A DNA stretch of 64,000 nt from an uncultured Acidobacteriota bacterium. Its GTDB lineage: Bacteria > Acidobacteriota > Thermoanaerobaculia > Multivoradales > JAHEKO01. Both the position numbers and the translations under genes were made by a program. The DNA lies in assembly GCA_963713825.1 (NCBI GenBank), contig CAVQNG010000025.1:544001-608000 (forward strand). Direction: 5' to 3'. Below the pieces are notes generated by a model. The model was not told where the DNA came from. It did not search any database and was given only the letters and a program-made list of their open reading frames with translations. Of this stretch, positions 1 to 9,726 are shown in pieces (position 1 is the stretch's first letter; every line of letters starts with the position of its first letter).

Positions 1-498
1 TGCCGGCTGGCCTACGCGACGGTGTCGAAAATCGATTCCAGAACGATCCTCGATCAAGCCGGAGCCGAGAAGCTCCTCGGGCGGGGTGACGCGTTGTTCA
101 TGCCACCCGGGACCTCGAGGATTCTGCGCCTTCACGGCTCCTATGTCACCGAACAGGAGACGGCCGCACTGGTGCGCTGGATGAAGAAGAGGGGCAAGCC
201 GGATTTCGACCCCGCCGTACTGGCTCCGCCACCGGAAGAAGATCGGTCGAGTGGTGGCTCTGGCGGTGGCGACGATCCTCTGTTCGAAGAGGCGGCCCGT
301 TTGGTCGTGTCCGAGCGGCAGGGTTCGGCAAGCTTTCTGCAGAGGCGCATGCGAGTCGGCTTTTCGAGAGCTGCTCGGCTCATCGACATGATGGAACAGG
401 ACGGGCTCCTGGGCCCGCCCCAGGGCAGCAAGCCGCGCGAGGTGCTGGTCAAGTCGGATTACTTCACCGAGGTCGACGAAGTTAGAGAAGAGGTCTAG
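1..498 (+). CDS. ftsK: DNA translocase FtsK/SpoIIIE, C-terminal part (5' truncated by window edge)
   Basis: Motor motif SKIDSRTILDQAGAEKLLGRGD; gamma domain SASFLQRRMRVGFSRAARLID..PREVL; frame open from base 1. Confidence 0.95.
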   Translation, partial: CRLAYATVSKIDSRTILDQAGAEKLLGRGDALFMPPGTSRILRLHGSYVTEQETAALVRWMKKRGKPDFDPAVLAPPPEEDRSSGGSGGGDDPLFEEAARLVVSERQGSASFLQRRMRVGFSRAARLIDMMEQDGLLGPPQGSKPREVLVKSDYFTEVDEVREEV

Positions 499-516
499 CC
501 CGTGAGGCCATAAGCA

Positions 517-1476
517 ATGCGGGCTGAATCCCTGGACCGACTGGTCTTTTTTGGAACTCCTGATTTCGCGGTACCGACCTTGCGGGCACTGTGCGATGCC
601 GGCCGGGCACCGGTCCAGGTGATCTCGCAGCCATCTCGCCCGGCTGGTCGTGGAAGACACTCAAAGAACCCACCGATCGTGGAGTGGGCACTACGCAATG
701 ACTTGGCCGTGGTCCAGCCTCCCGATGTCCGGGACCCGGACTTCTTGGCGCTGATGAGTGACCTGACGCCTGCGGTAGCCGTGGTGGTGGCGTTTGGCCA
801 GATCTTCCCCAAAGTCCTTCTCGAGATTCCGACTCGAGGGTGCATCAACCTACACGCCTCGCTGCTGCCTTCGTACCGCGGCGCTGCTCCGATTCAGGCT
901 GCCATCATCGCCGGCGAGAGTCATACAGGCGTGACCACGATGCAAATGGAGGAGGGGCTCGACAGCGGTCCCATCCTGCTCCAAGAGGAGGTAGTGATCA
1001 GGCCGCGGGATACGGCTGCGGAGCTCTCGCCTCGTCTGGCCGAAGTCGGTGCGGGACTGATGGTTCGAACTCTGGAGGCCCTGGAGTCGACTGGTATCGA
1101 GAGGAGACCCCAGACTCATGACGAGGCGACAATGGCACCGCGCTTACGCAAGGCCGACGGGGAGCTGGATTGGCGCCAGAGTGCGGTGCGACTCTTCAAC
1201 CGGATCCGGGGAGTCACTCCATGGCCGGGGGCGTTCACGAAGTTGAGAGAACAGCCGCTGAAGATCCTCTGGGGCGAGGATCTAGAGGGGGCAGGGGTGG
1301 CGCGAGGCGGCGAGCCTGGCAGGTACCTGGGCATGATCGACGGGCGGATGGCAGTCAGCTGTGGTGAGGGGACCATCCTGGGCATCGAACGAGTGCAGCG
1401 CCCCGGCAAGAAGGCCCTTGAAGTGTCCCAGTTCGTCAACGGTGAACCGATCGAAGTGGGAGAGCGCTTCGGGTGA
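517..1476 (+). CDS. fmt: Methionyl-tRNA formyltransferase
   Basis: FFGTPDFA start, NLHASLLPSYRGAAPIQ and LDSG motifs. Confidence 0.96.
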   Translation: MRAESLDRLVFFGTPDFAVPTLRALCDAGRAPVQVISQPSRPAGRGRHSKNPPIVEWALRNDLAVVQPPDVRDPDFLALMSDLTPAVAVVVAFGQIFPKVLLEIPTRGCINLHASLLPSYRGAAPIQAAIIAGESHTGVTTMQMEEGLDSGPILLQEEVVIRPRDTAAELSPRLAEVGAGLMVRTLEALESTGIERRPQTHDEATMAPRLRKADGELDWRQSAVRLFNRIRGVTPWPGAFTKLREQPLKILWGEDLEGAGVARGGEPGRYLGMIDGRMAVSCGEGTILGIERVQRPGKKALEVSQFVNGEPIEVGERFG

Positions 1477-2816
1477 ATGCGCCGCGCCGAAACGTCCGCG
1501 CGCTGGCCTGCACGGTTCTCGAGAACACCCTGTCCTCTCTGGCGCCAGTCGATCCAGCTCTGAGGACGTTCGACCGCGACCTCGAGGAGCGCGATCGCCG
1601 CCTGCTTCATCAGCTGGTGTTCGGCGTCTTGCGCTGGCTGCGAAGAATCGACGACATCATCGAGACAGCCTCGTCTCGTCGCCTGGAGGCGATTGAAAGA
1701 GCACTCCATTGGTCGTTGAGAGTCGGTGTCTACCAGCTCGTATTTCTGGATCGAGTACCGGCCCACGCCGCGGTCAGCGAGTCTGTGAACCTCGCCAGGA
1801 AGCGGACCCATCGCGGCGGTGCCGGATTCGTGAATGCCGTTCTTCGGAAGGTAGCGGCAGCTTCGTCACTCGAAGACTGGCCCGTGACGGCCGAGGATCC
1901 CGTGCAGCGCATCGGCATCGAGACGAGCCACTCCGACTTTCTGATTCGGGAGTGGATCCGACAGTATGGAGAACGCCAGGCGGAAACACTGGCAAAGGCC
2001 AACAATCGGCCCAAGCCCTTGCATCTCTTGAGTTTCGCCGACCGTGGAGGCCGGGAAGCGCTGGCTGATGGCCTCGCCGCGGAAGGCATCGTCAGCGAGG
2101 TGTCTTCCCTGGCGCCGATGGGACTCATCGTCAGGCAAGGCAATCCGCTGGAGACAAGAGCCTTTCGGCAGGGCGATTTCTACATTCAGGACGAGGCGAG
2201 CCAGGCAGCCGCGTTGATTCCTCCACCCCGTGATGGCGAAACCATCTTTGACTCTGCGGCCTTTCCCGGCGGCAAGAGTCTCTCGTTGCTGGCTACCGGG
2301 ACAGATGTCAGGCTGCTGAGTGCCGATGTTGGATTGCCGCGGCTCGAGCTCCTGGTGGGCAATCTGCAGCGGCTCGGCCGCGAGATCCCGTTCATCGTCA
2401 TGGACGCAAGAGAACGCGCCATCGAAAAGTCATTCGATCGCGTCTTGGTGGATCTGCCGTGCTCGGGGACCGGTACTCTGCGCAAGCACCCGGAGCTGAA
2501 ATGGAGGGTGAGCTTGCCGGAGATCGAGCGGCTGTCGGCAATGTCCGTGTCCCTGCTCGAGGGTGCGGCGCAGCTTGTCGAGCCTGGTGGGATGCTATCT
2601 GCGATCACCTGCTCGTTGGAGGATACCGAGAACGAAAGGGTAGCGGACCGGTTCCTGGAGCGACACAGTGACTTCAGCCGCATGAACCTGGCAGAGCGGT
2701 TGACATCACCGCTCGCCAAGTTCGAGCAGGGTCCCGGCCTGTGGAGGATTCTGACGGGTGGCGACCACGATGGGTTCACGGTTCAGGTCTTCTGCCGGTC
2801 GCGAGGCGCTGTCTGA
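1473..2816 (+). CDS. rsmB: 16S rRNA m5C967 methyltransferase RsmB/Sun with NusB-like N-terminal domain
   Basis: HAAVSESV..GFVNAVLR, IQDEASQ, PGGK, DLPCSGTG, TCS, DGF; overlaps the fmt stop. Confidence 0.92.
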   Translation: MNAPRRNVRALACTVLENTLSSLAPVDPALRTFDRDLEERDRRLLHQLVFGVLRWLRRIDDIIETASSRRLEAIERALHWSLRVGVYQLVFLDRVPAHAAVSESVNLARKRTHRGGAGFVNAVLRKVAAASSLEDWPVTAEDPVQRIGIETSHSDFLIREWIRQYGERQAETLAKANNRPKPLHLLSFADRGGREALADGLAAEGIVSEVSSLAPMGLIVRQGNPLETRAFRQGDFYIQDEASQAAALIPPPRDGETIFDSAAFPGGKSLSLLATGTDVRLLSADVGLPRLELLVGNLQRLGREIPFIVMDARERAIEKSFDRVLVDLPCSGTGTLRKHPELKWRVSLPEIERLSAMSVSLLEGAAQLVEPGGMLSAITCSLEDTENERVADRFLERHSDFSRMNLAERLTSPLAKFEQGPGLWRILTGGDHDGFTVQVFCRSRGAV

Positions 2817-3505
2817 TCGGTCGGCGTTCGCCGCGGCCGATAGAGCCTCGCGAGTCGCTCAGCCGGTACTCCAGCGAAGTAGAGGCCCCAAATCAACCAG
2901 TTGAGGGCGACGGTGCGCCCGATCCCGTCCTCCAGATATCGGCGCGCCGAAGTCGTCGCCTCGAGCGGCAGCACGACGACTTCGCCGCATTGTTTCATTC
3001 GTCGAATGAGGTCGAGATCCTCCAGGGCTGCCCAGTTCCGAAAGCCCCCCAACTCGTCGAAGGTGGTGCGGCGCACGAATTGAGCCTGATCGCCCAGTGG
3101 GGATCGGGTGAGGCGGGTTCGCAGCTGGACCAGCTTCGAGCCCACAGCCATGACCCTGTTGTCAGTATCGAAGCGCACCTGGAAGCCGCCGCCGATTTTC
3201 CCGCTGCCGATCGCTTCTCGAATCGCTGGAACGGCTCCAGGGGGAAGCCTTGTGTCGGCGTGCAGGAACACCAATACCTCACTAATGGTGGCAGCGACCC
3301 CACGGTTGAGCTGCGGTCCCCGACCCGCCGCCCCGGTTATGACCCGGGCTCCGAGCTCTTCTGCCGTGCGAAGGGTCTGGTCCCGACTTCCTCCGTCACT
3401 GACCACGACCTCATCGGCCGCTGAGAGGATCGCGGGGAGGCTCCGTCTGAGGGACGACTCTTCGTCGAGAGTGGGGATGATGGCTGCGACGGTAATGGTC
3501 GCCAA
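2783..3505 (-). CDS. GT2 glycosyltransferase, TIGR04283-like family
   Basis: IIPTLDE, VSDGGSRD, GRGPQLNRG, FLHADT, GDQ, ED, TSARR motifs. Confidence 0.85.
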   Translation of the reverse strand: MATITVAAIIPTLDEESSLRRSLPAILSAADEVVVSDGGSRDQTLRTAEELGARVITGAAGRGPQLNRGVAATISEVLVFLHADTRLPPGAVPAIREAIGSGKIGGGFQVRFDTDNRVMAVGSKLVQLRTRLTRSPLGDQAQFVRRTTFDELGGFRNWAALEDLDLIRRMKQCGEVVVLPLEATTSARRYLEDGIGRTVALNWLIWGLYFAGVPAERLARLYRPRRTPTDQTAPRDRQKT

Positions 3506-3514
3506 GATGGCGGA

Positions 3515-3524
3515 ATGCTAGCAT
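3515..3524. promoter_or_regulatory. Palindromic extended -10 (TGcTAGCAT on both strands) between divergent glycosyltransferase and moaC
   Basis: ATGCTAGCAT is a perfect palindrome within a 33-nt divergent gap. Confidence 0.5.
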
Positions 3525-3538
3525 AGGCCTTTGCCCGC

Positions 3539-4015
3539 ATGAGCTCCTCGAACCCCTTCAGCCACTTGGATGACCGCGGCCAGGCCCGCATGGTCGACGT
3601 GTCCGAGAAATCGATCACGCGACGGGTCGCCGAGGCCTCGTGCAGGGTCAAGCTCTCTCAGGAAACCGTTTCGAGGCTAGGTGATTTGCCCAAAGGCGAC
3701 GCCTACACCGTGGCCCGATTGGCCGGTATTCAGGGTGCCAAGCGAACCGGTGATCTGGTCCCGCTGGCCCATCCACTAGGACTCGATCAGGTCGAGGTGG
3801 AGATCGTTCCCGAGGCCGGGGGCGTGAGAATTCGGAGCCGGGTGATCGTCACGGCTCGCACCGGGGCCGAGCTCGAGGCGATGGTCGCCTGCTCGACGGC
3901 GGCGCTGGCCCTCTACGACATGGTGAAGGCGGTCGAGCGGGATGCCGTCATCGGGGATCTTCGTCTGGAAGCCAAGAGTGGAGGGCGAAGCGGGGAGTTC
4001 AGGCGACAGGAATGA
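3539..4015 (+). CDS. moaC: Cyclic pyranopterin monophosphate synthase MoaC
   Basis: SHLDD..ARMVDVSEK, KGD, TGAELEA, YDMVKAV, KSGGRSG. Confidence 0.95.
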   Translation: MSSSNPFSHLDDRGQARMVDVSEKSITRRVAEASCRVKLSQETVSRLGDLPKGDAYTVARLAGIQGAKRTGDLVPLAHPLGLDQVEVEIVPEAGGVRIRSRVIVTARTGAELEAMVACSTAALALYDMVKAVERDAVIGDLRLEAKSGGRSGEFRRQE

Positions 4016-5193
4016 TTCTCACCGGTTTGGATCGGCTTCTGGCCGACGACGAGGCTCTAGCGGGCAGGAGTTACGGTCTCCTCGTCCACGGTGCGTCTGT
4101 GAGCGCCGACCTGGTGCCCGCGCATCTCGCCCTGGCGGGCGCCGGGGCCCCTGCCTTGCTGCTCGGGCCGGAGCACGGCCTCTACGGTATCGAGCAGGAC
4201 ATGGTGCCCTCGGCCGATCAGGTCGATCCCTGGACGGGTTTGCGGGTCGTCTCGCTGTATGGAGATAGCGAGCAGTCTCTGCGCGCCGACAGGAGCCACT
4301 TCAGCGATCTCGACCTGTTGATTGTCGATCTTCAAGATGTGGGTTCCCGCTACTACACATACGCGGCAACGGCGGTGTGGGCAGCGGAGGTGGCCCTGGG
4401 GGAAGGGTGTGAGGTTTGGGTGCTCGATCGACCGAATCCAATCGGCGGCATGGTGGTCGAAGGCAACCTGCGTCGAGAGGGCTTCGAGTCCTTCGTCGGG
4501 GCGTTCGAGATACCGGTGCGCCATGGCCTGACGCTGGGAGAGTTGATGCGCTTCGAGGCGGCGCGCCGAAACTGGCCGAAGGGCCTCCGTGTCTGGGGCA
4601 TGGCAGGGTGGCATCGTTCGATGCTCTGGGAGGAGACCGATCGCGTCTGGATGGCTCCCTCACCCAATATTCCGACGGCGCGAACCGCTCTCGTCTATCC
4701 AGGACTCTGCCTCCTGGAAGGAACCGAGCTCTCGGAGGGGCGAGGGACCACACGCCCGTTCGAATTGGTCGGCGCACCGGGAGTCGATGCGGTGCGGCTG
4801 GCCCATGAGCTCAACGCTCGCGGGCTGTCGGGTGTGCGATTCGTGCCGACCCTCTTCCGGCCCGTGTTCCACAAACACGCGGCAGAGGTCTGTGGAGGGG
4901 TCGAGATCAAGGTGACGGATCCGTGGGCCTTTCAACCCTATCGCTGCGGTGTCGAGGTCTTGTATGGATTTCTACGCGTCGCACCCGACGCCTTCGGTTG
5001 GCGCCAGCAAGCCTACGAGTTCGTCAGCGATCGGCCGGCGATCGATCTGCTGACAGGCAGCAGTGAGCTCAGGGAGATCCTGGAGTCTGGAGAGGACCCC
5101 GCAGCCTGGTGCGATTCGTGGACGGATCAAGAGGACCAGTTCCGACGCGACTGTGAGCCCTGGCTGCTCTACACCCGAGTGACAGGATCGTGA
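4012..5193 (+). CDS. DUF1343 / NamZ-like exo-beta-N-acetylmuramidase
   Basis: PEHGLYG, DLQDVGSRYYTY, LDRPNPIGG, RHGLTLGE, PSPNIP, SEGRGTTRPFE. Confidence 0.88.
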   Translation: MILTGLDRLLADDEALAGRSYGLLVHGASVSADLVPAHLALAGAGAPALLLGPEHGLYGIEQDMVPSADQVDPWTGLRVVSLYGDSEQSLRADRSHFSDLDLLIVDLQDVGSRYYTYAATAVWAAEVALGEGCEVWVLDRPNPIGGMVVEGNLRREGFESFVGAFEIPVRHGLTLGELMRFEAARRNWPKGLRVWGMAGWHRSMLWEETDRVWMAPSPNIPTARTALVYPGLCLLEGTELSEGRGTTRPFELVGAPGVDAVRLAHELNARGLSGVRFVPTLFRPVFHKHAAEVCGGVEIKVTDPWAFQPYRCGVEVLYGFLRVAPDAFGWRQQAYEFVSDRPAIDLLTGSSELREILESGEDPAAWCDSWTDQEDQFRRDCEPWLLYTRVTGS

Positions 5194-5603
5194 AGCGCAT
5201 CCATCTTCTCCGGGTCGAAGGAAAAGCCGATGAGTACGTCGACCTGATCGAGGCGCTGCGGGCCGACGGTAGGCGTGTCGGTTGGCTCGACCTCGGCCCC
5301 GTACAAGTCCCCACCGCGTTGACTCTCGCCTCCGAGACCGGCGTGCTCCGGGCCGTGGCCGTTGACGAGGGTGTGACGGTAGCCGTCAAACCTCGGGCCG
5401 GCAGTGCAGTCATGAAAGATCTGCTGCGCGAGTATTTCGTCGGCTGTGCGGTGGTACTGGTCAGAGGAGGTGAAGGGCTGCCGTGTCTCTCGGCAGAGAA
5501 GGGGCATTGGCTTCTGGAGGTGCCAGGAGCAGTGAGCCGAATGCTGGACACCGACGGTTTGGTTGCGGTCCTCAGAAAGCCGCGACCCTTCGGTTCTCGA
5601 TAG
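5190..5603 (+). CDS. Hypothetical protein, possible degenerate MobB-like fold lacking the P-loop
   Basis: GTGA overlap with the upstream gene; segments LIEALRADGRRVG and LLREYFVGCAVVLVRG resemble MobB by eye. Confidence 0.6.
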   Translation: MKRIHLLRVEGKADEYVDLIEALRADGRRVGWLDLGPVQVPTALTLASETGVLRAVAVDEGVTVAVKPRAGSAVMKDLLREYFVGCAVVLVRGGEGLPCLSAEKGHWLLEVPGAVSRMLDTDGLVAVLRKPRPFGSR

Positions 5604-5649
5604 CTGACACTCTCTCCACTCGACGCCGAGATGTATGCCCCCGTCACGG

Positions 5650-5679
5650 TTGACCCCTGAAGAGAGGCGGTGGCACAAT
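5650..5679 (+). promoter_or_regulatory. Putative sigma70 promoter for the aminotransferase-serA-ddl unit
   Basis: TTGACC-18 nt-CACAAT with a TG extension. Confidence 0.4.
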
Positions 5680-5733
5680 GCCGCCGCTCGCAATTGAGAG
5701 ACCTTCCATTCCTTCCAGAGGTGAAAAAAGGCC

Positions 5734-6819
5734 ATGACACGCCCGTCCATTCAGTTCTTCCTTCCCGGCCCGACCTACGTTCTGCCGAGCGTTCGCGAAG
5801 CCATGCTGGCCGAAGTCGTTGGGCACCGCTCGCCTAGCTTCAAGGCGCTGTACGAGTCCATGGCGCCGCAATTGCAGTCGGTCTTTCGTACCAGTGGCGA
5901 CGTTATGGTGGCGACGGGCAGCGCGACGCTGGTCATGGAGAGCGCTGTCGTCTCGACGGTCGAGTCGCGTGTCCTGAACCTGGTTTGCGGCGCCTTTTCC
6001 GAACGCTGGCACCAGATCTGCCTCTCGCTGGGCAAGCAGGCAGATCGAGTGTCGGTTCCCTGGGGGCAGGCCGTGGATCCGGACCTGGTGCGGGAGGCAT
6101 TGCGCCGCCAGCGCTACGAGGCGGTGACCCTGGTCCACAACGAGACCTCGACCGGTGTGATCAACCCGCTGGAGACTCTGGCCTCGGTGGTGCGGGAGGA
6201 GAGTGATGCCCTACTGTTGGTCGACACTGTCTCTTCGCTGGCAGGAGCTCCCATCGAAACGGATCAGTGGGGGCTGGACGTCGTACTAGCCAGTGTGCAG
6301 AAGGCGATGGCAGCGCCTCCAGGTCTGACGGTGTTCAGTCTCTCGGAGCGGGCCGCCGCGCAGGCAGGTCGGCTGGAGAATCGTGGCTTCTACACCGATC
6401 TGCTGCGCTACCGTGACAAGCATCGAGCCGGCGGCACGATCACGACTCCAGCCGTATCGGTGTTCTATTCCCTCGACCGCCAGTTGGACAACATCGTCGA
6501 TGAAGGGATGGAGGCCCGATGGAGTCGTCACGCCGACCTCCAGGAGCAGACCGCTCGTTGGGTCGAGGCGCGAGGCCTGGACTGGGCCAGTGAATCCGGC
6601 AGTCGATCACCAACGATCAGTTGCCTCCGGGCTCCTTCCAATCGCTCTGCTCCAACAATTGTGGAAGGGCTCGCGCGTCTCGGCTTCACGGTCGGAGGAG
6701 GGTACGGGAAGTGGAAACCGGACACCTTTCGGATCGGCCACATGGGCGAGGTGCGGAGCGAGGACTTGGAGGGTCTCTTAGGGGCCCTCGATGCTGTGTT
6801 GGAGGTAGACGAGCGATGA
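5734..6819 (+). CDS. Class V PLP aminotransferase (alanine-glyoxylate/serine-pyruvate family), probable phosphoserine aminotransferase
   Basis: PGPT, HRS, VHNETSTGV, VDTVSS, SVQKA (PLP Lys), FRIGHMG; translationally coupled to serA. Confidence 0.88.
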   Translation: MTRPSIQFFLPGPTYVLPSVREAMLAEVVGHRSPSFKALYESMAPQLQSVFRTSGDVMVATGSATLVMESAVVSTVESRVLNLVCGAFSERWHQICLSLGKQADRVSVPWGQAVDPDLVREALRRQRYEAVTLVHNETSTGVINPLETLASVVREESDALLLVDTVSSLAGAPIETDQWGLDVVLASVQKAMAAPPGLTVFSLSERAAAQAGRLENRGFYTDLLRYRDKHRAGGTITTPAVSVFYSLDRQLDNIVDEGMEARWSRHADLQEQTARWVEARGLDWASESGSRSPTISCLRAPSNRSAPTIVEGLARLGFTVGGGYGKWKPDTFRIGHMGEVRSEDLEGLLGALDAVLEVDER

Positions 6820-8396
6820 AGCGCATCCTGGTTGCCGACCCGTTGCATGGCGCGGGCCTGGAGATCTTGCGGCAGAGTGGTTCAGAAGTTCATCTGCTAT
6901 CGGCCGAGGAACGTTCCGGGCTGGGAGAGATGATCGGCGGTTTCGACGCCCTGATCGTCAGAAGCATGACGCAAGTCGATGCCGAGCTCCTGCGCCAGGG
7001 CAAGAACCTCAAGGTCGTGGGTCGGGCCGGAATCGGCGTCGACAACGTGGATGTGGCAACCGCAACCGAGCTCGGCATCCTGGTCGTCAACGCCCCTACT
7101 GCGAACCTGATCTCGGCGACTGAGCACACGTTCGCACTGCTGCTGGCACTGGCGCGCAACGTGCCAGCCGCCCATCAGTCTCTGTTGGCCGGCGAGTGGG
7201 AACGCAAGCGGTTCCTGGGAATCGAGCTCAACGGTAAGACCCTCGGGCTCATCGGCCTCGGCCGCATCGGGCAGAACGTTGCCTATCGAGCCAAAGCATT
7301 CGGCATGAAAGTCCTGGCATTCGATCCCTATCTGGATGCCTCGGCAGCTCGCCGTCTCGACGTCGAGCTGGCAGAGCTCGACGCGCTCCTGAAGCGGTCC
7401 GACATCGTTTCTGTCCACACGCCGCTTACGGAGCAGACGAGGGGCCTTCTGGACGACGCGTCGATTGCCCGTATGAAGTCGGGGGCCTTGCTGGTGAACT
7501 GTGCGCGTGGAGGGGTTCTGGACGAGGACGCAGCGCTCCAAGCCCTGGAGTCGGGACACCTTGGCGGCTTGGCCTTGGACGTCTTCGAGCAGGAACCTCC
7601 CGTCGTCTCCGAGCTGCTGAATCACCCGAGGGTCGTAGTGACACCGCACATTGGAGCTCAGACCCGAGAAGCACAGGAGAGGGTAGCCACCGAAACGGCA
7701 CGAATGGTGCTCGGAGCCCTGGAAGGGTCTCTGGAGTTGACGGCAGTCAACCTGCCGTTTTCGCCGACCGGCGGGCGTGCTCAGCACTTCGTAGCACTGG
7801 CAGAGCAGCTGGGTTCCCTGTGCACCTCGCTGTTGGGCGCGAGTGTCCTCGAAGTCAAAGTCGAGCTCTGGGGAATGGATGAGGACATTCGGGTGCCCCT
7901 GACCATCGCGGCACTCAAGGGAGCGCTGTCGCCTTTCCTTGGAGAAGCAGTCAACTTTGTCAACGCGGAGAAGATTGCCGAAAGCAGGGGCATCGAGGTC
8001 GTGCGCTCGGTCTATCACTCCTCTGGGGAGTACCCTGAGCTCGTGGGAGTGACACTCAGCGGCGAGAATGGCAGCGTCGAAGTCGCTGGTACCGTGTTCG
8101 GAGACTCCGATCCCCGGGTCGTGCGGTTGGAGGGCTACCGCCTCGAGTTTCGAGCCAAAGGACGTCTCCTGGTCCTCCGTAACAGCGATGTCCCAGGGGT
8201 GGTCGGTACGCTGGGTACATTTCTAGGCGAAGCGGGAATCAACATCGCTGAAATCCACCTGGCCCGCAAGACGGGTGGTGGGGAAGCGTTGGCAGTGCTG
8301 CGTCTCGATCAGGCGCCGCCCGAGGCTACGGTTGCTGCTCTCGAGGCGCTGCCGGAGGTCAGCCGAGTGCAGGTGGTCGATCTGGAGTCAAACTAG
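6816..8396 (+). CDS. serA: D-3-phosphoglycerate dehydrogenase, long form with ASB and ACT domains
   Basis: [32 protein letters not shown]-terminal ACT; ATG at 6816 (ATGA overlap) preferred to the ORF-track start 6621. Confidence 0.95.
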   Translation: MKRILVADPLHGAGLEILRQSGSEVHLLSAEERSGLGEMIGGFDALIVRSMTQVDAELLRQGKNLKVVGRAGIGVDNVDVATATELGILVVNAPTANLISATEHTFALLLALARNVPAAHQSLLAGEWERKRFLGIELNGKTLGLIGLGRIGQNVAYRAKAFGMKVLAFDPYLDASAARRLDVELAELDALLKRSDIVSVHTPLTEQTRGLLDDASIARMKSGALLVNCARGGVLDEDAALQALESGHLGGLALDVFEQEPPVVSELLNHPRVVVTPHIGAQTREAQERVATETARMVLGALEGSLELTAVNLPFSPTGGRAQHFVALAEQLGSLCTSLLGASVLEVKVELWGMDEDIRVPLTIAALKGALSPFLGEAVNFVNAEKIAESRGIEVVRSVYHSSGEYPELVGVTLSGENGSVEVAGTVFGDSDPRVVRLEGYRLEFRAKGRLLVLRNSDVPGVVGTLGTFLGEAGINIAEIHLARKTGGGEALAVLRLDQAPPEATVAALEALPEVSRVQVVDLESN

Positions 8397-8414
8397 CAGC
8401 TGGGAGACTGGGAG

Positions 8415-9491
8415 ATGGCAAGAGTTGGCGTTGCATTTGGCGGTCGAAGCGTCGAGCACCAGGTTTCGATCCGCTCAGCGAGGACGGTCATCGGAGCCCT
8501 CCAGGCGGCAGGCCATGAGGTCGTGCCGCTGGGCATCGCGCAGAACGGCCGCTGGCTCGATCAGGCTGTCTCACAGCGCGCCGTGAATGGTGACATCGAC
8601 AGTCTGGGGGTAGTGGAGGAACCGCTGGCTCCCACACTTGAGAATCTGCTGGATTCCTCGATCGAGGTGCTCTTCCCGGTTGTTCACGGCACCTGGGGAG
8701 AAGACGGTACCTTGCAGGGTCTATGCGAGATGCTGGATCTCCCCTATGTCGGAGCGGGTGTCGGCGCCAGCTCTCTGGCCATGGATAAAGTGCTCTGCAA
8801 GCGGCAGCTCGAAAGCTACGGGCTGCCCGTCGTGGAGTACGGATCGGTCAGCAGGTCGAGTTTCGAGGCCGACCCGGAGCGGGCCCTGAAGGAGCTCCCC
8901 GAGCTGCCGTTCCCGGTCTTCGTGAAGCCCAGCGTCGGTGGGTCGAGCGTCGGTGTTCGAAAGATCGCCGGTCCTGAGGAGCTGCCAGCGGCCATCGCCT
9001 TTGCTCTCGGTTTCGACAACACCGCGTTGGTCGAGAGGGGAGTCTGCGGGCGTGAGCTGGAGTGCTCGGTTCTCGGTGACCAACAGCTGCAGGCTTCGGC
9101 GGTTGGTGAGATCCTGCCGGGCAACCCGTTCTACGACTACGAGGACAAGTACCTTCTGGATGCGGCCGAGCTGAAGATCCCGGCCGATTTGCCGTCGGGG
9201 CTCGCCGAGCGAATTCGTTCCTTGGCGGTGGAATCGTTCGCCGCGGTCGGTGGTCACGGCATGGCTCGGGTGGATTTCCTCCTCGAAGGGGAAACCGGGA
9301 TCTTCATCAACGAGATCAATACTCTGCCGGGCTTTACCAGCATTTCGATGTACCCCAAGCTCTGGGAAGAGGCGGGGCTGTCCCTGCCAGAGCTGGTCGA
9401 CCGCCTGGTCGAGATCGCCATCAGCGTGCACCGCCGTCGTCGGTCCCTCGACCAGGGCATCAAAGACTGGCTCGCACAACTAGAGGGTTGA
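8415..9491 (+). CDS. ddl: D-alanine--D-alanine ligase
   Basis: GGRSVEHQVS, HGTWGEDG, MDK, KPSVGGSSVG, FYDYEDKY, NEINTLPGFT. Confidence 0.95.
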   Translation: MARVGVAFGGRSVEHQVSIRSARTVIGALQAAGHEVVPLGIAQNGRWLDQAVSQRAVNGDIDSLGVVEEPLAPTLENLLDSSIEVLFPVVHGTWGEDGTLQGLCEMLDLPYVGAGVGASSLAMDKVLCKRQLESYGLPVVEYGSVSRSSFEADPERALKELPELPFPVFVKPSVGGSSVGVRKIAGPEELPAAIAFALGFDNTALVERGVCGRELECSVLGDQQLQASAVGEILPGNPFYDYEDKYLLDAAELKIPADLPSGLAERIRSLAVESFAAVGGHGMARVDFLLEGETGIFINEINTLPGFTSISMYPKLWEEAGLSLPELVDRLVEIAISVHRRRRSLDQGIKDWLAQLEG

Positions 9492-9522
9492 AGCGCCCGG
9501 TCGTGCCTCCCGGCCGGTCCTT

Positions 9523-9682
9523 GGGGGCTTGGGGTTGAACCGTCCGTCGTCCCTCCGGCCGACAAAAGCGGTGACAGGCACGTCATTCCATGGGGCGCCG
9601 CACGAGGCTCTCCCCCGTCGTCCTGGGCCTCCGGCTGGAGACCTCGCACGCGGCCTTGCACCTGTGTACCCTCCAAGCCCCT
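9523..9682 (+). ncRNA. Putative structured RNA domain A (unknown family)
   Basis: Stems 9523-34/9671-82, 9553-61/9632-40, 9568-73/9596-9601 and 9604-10/9625-31, each with G-U pairs that work only on the + strand. Confidence 0.55.
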
Positions 9683-9726
9683 ACTCCTTTAGGCCCCCCG
9701 AAGCCCTTGTTTTTTTGGCGGTGCTA

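Noticed and set aside
6621-6815. N-terminal extension of serA in the ORF track (also for tsf, ispF, rpoC, rplR, infA, rplQ, folD)
   Set aside because: The extensions overlap upstream genes or precede the RBS; downstream starts match family N-termini.
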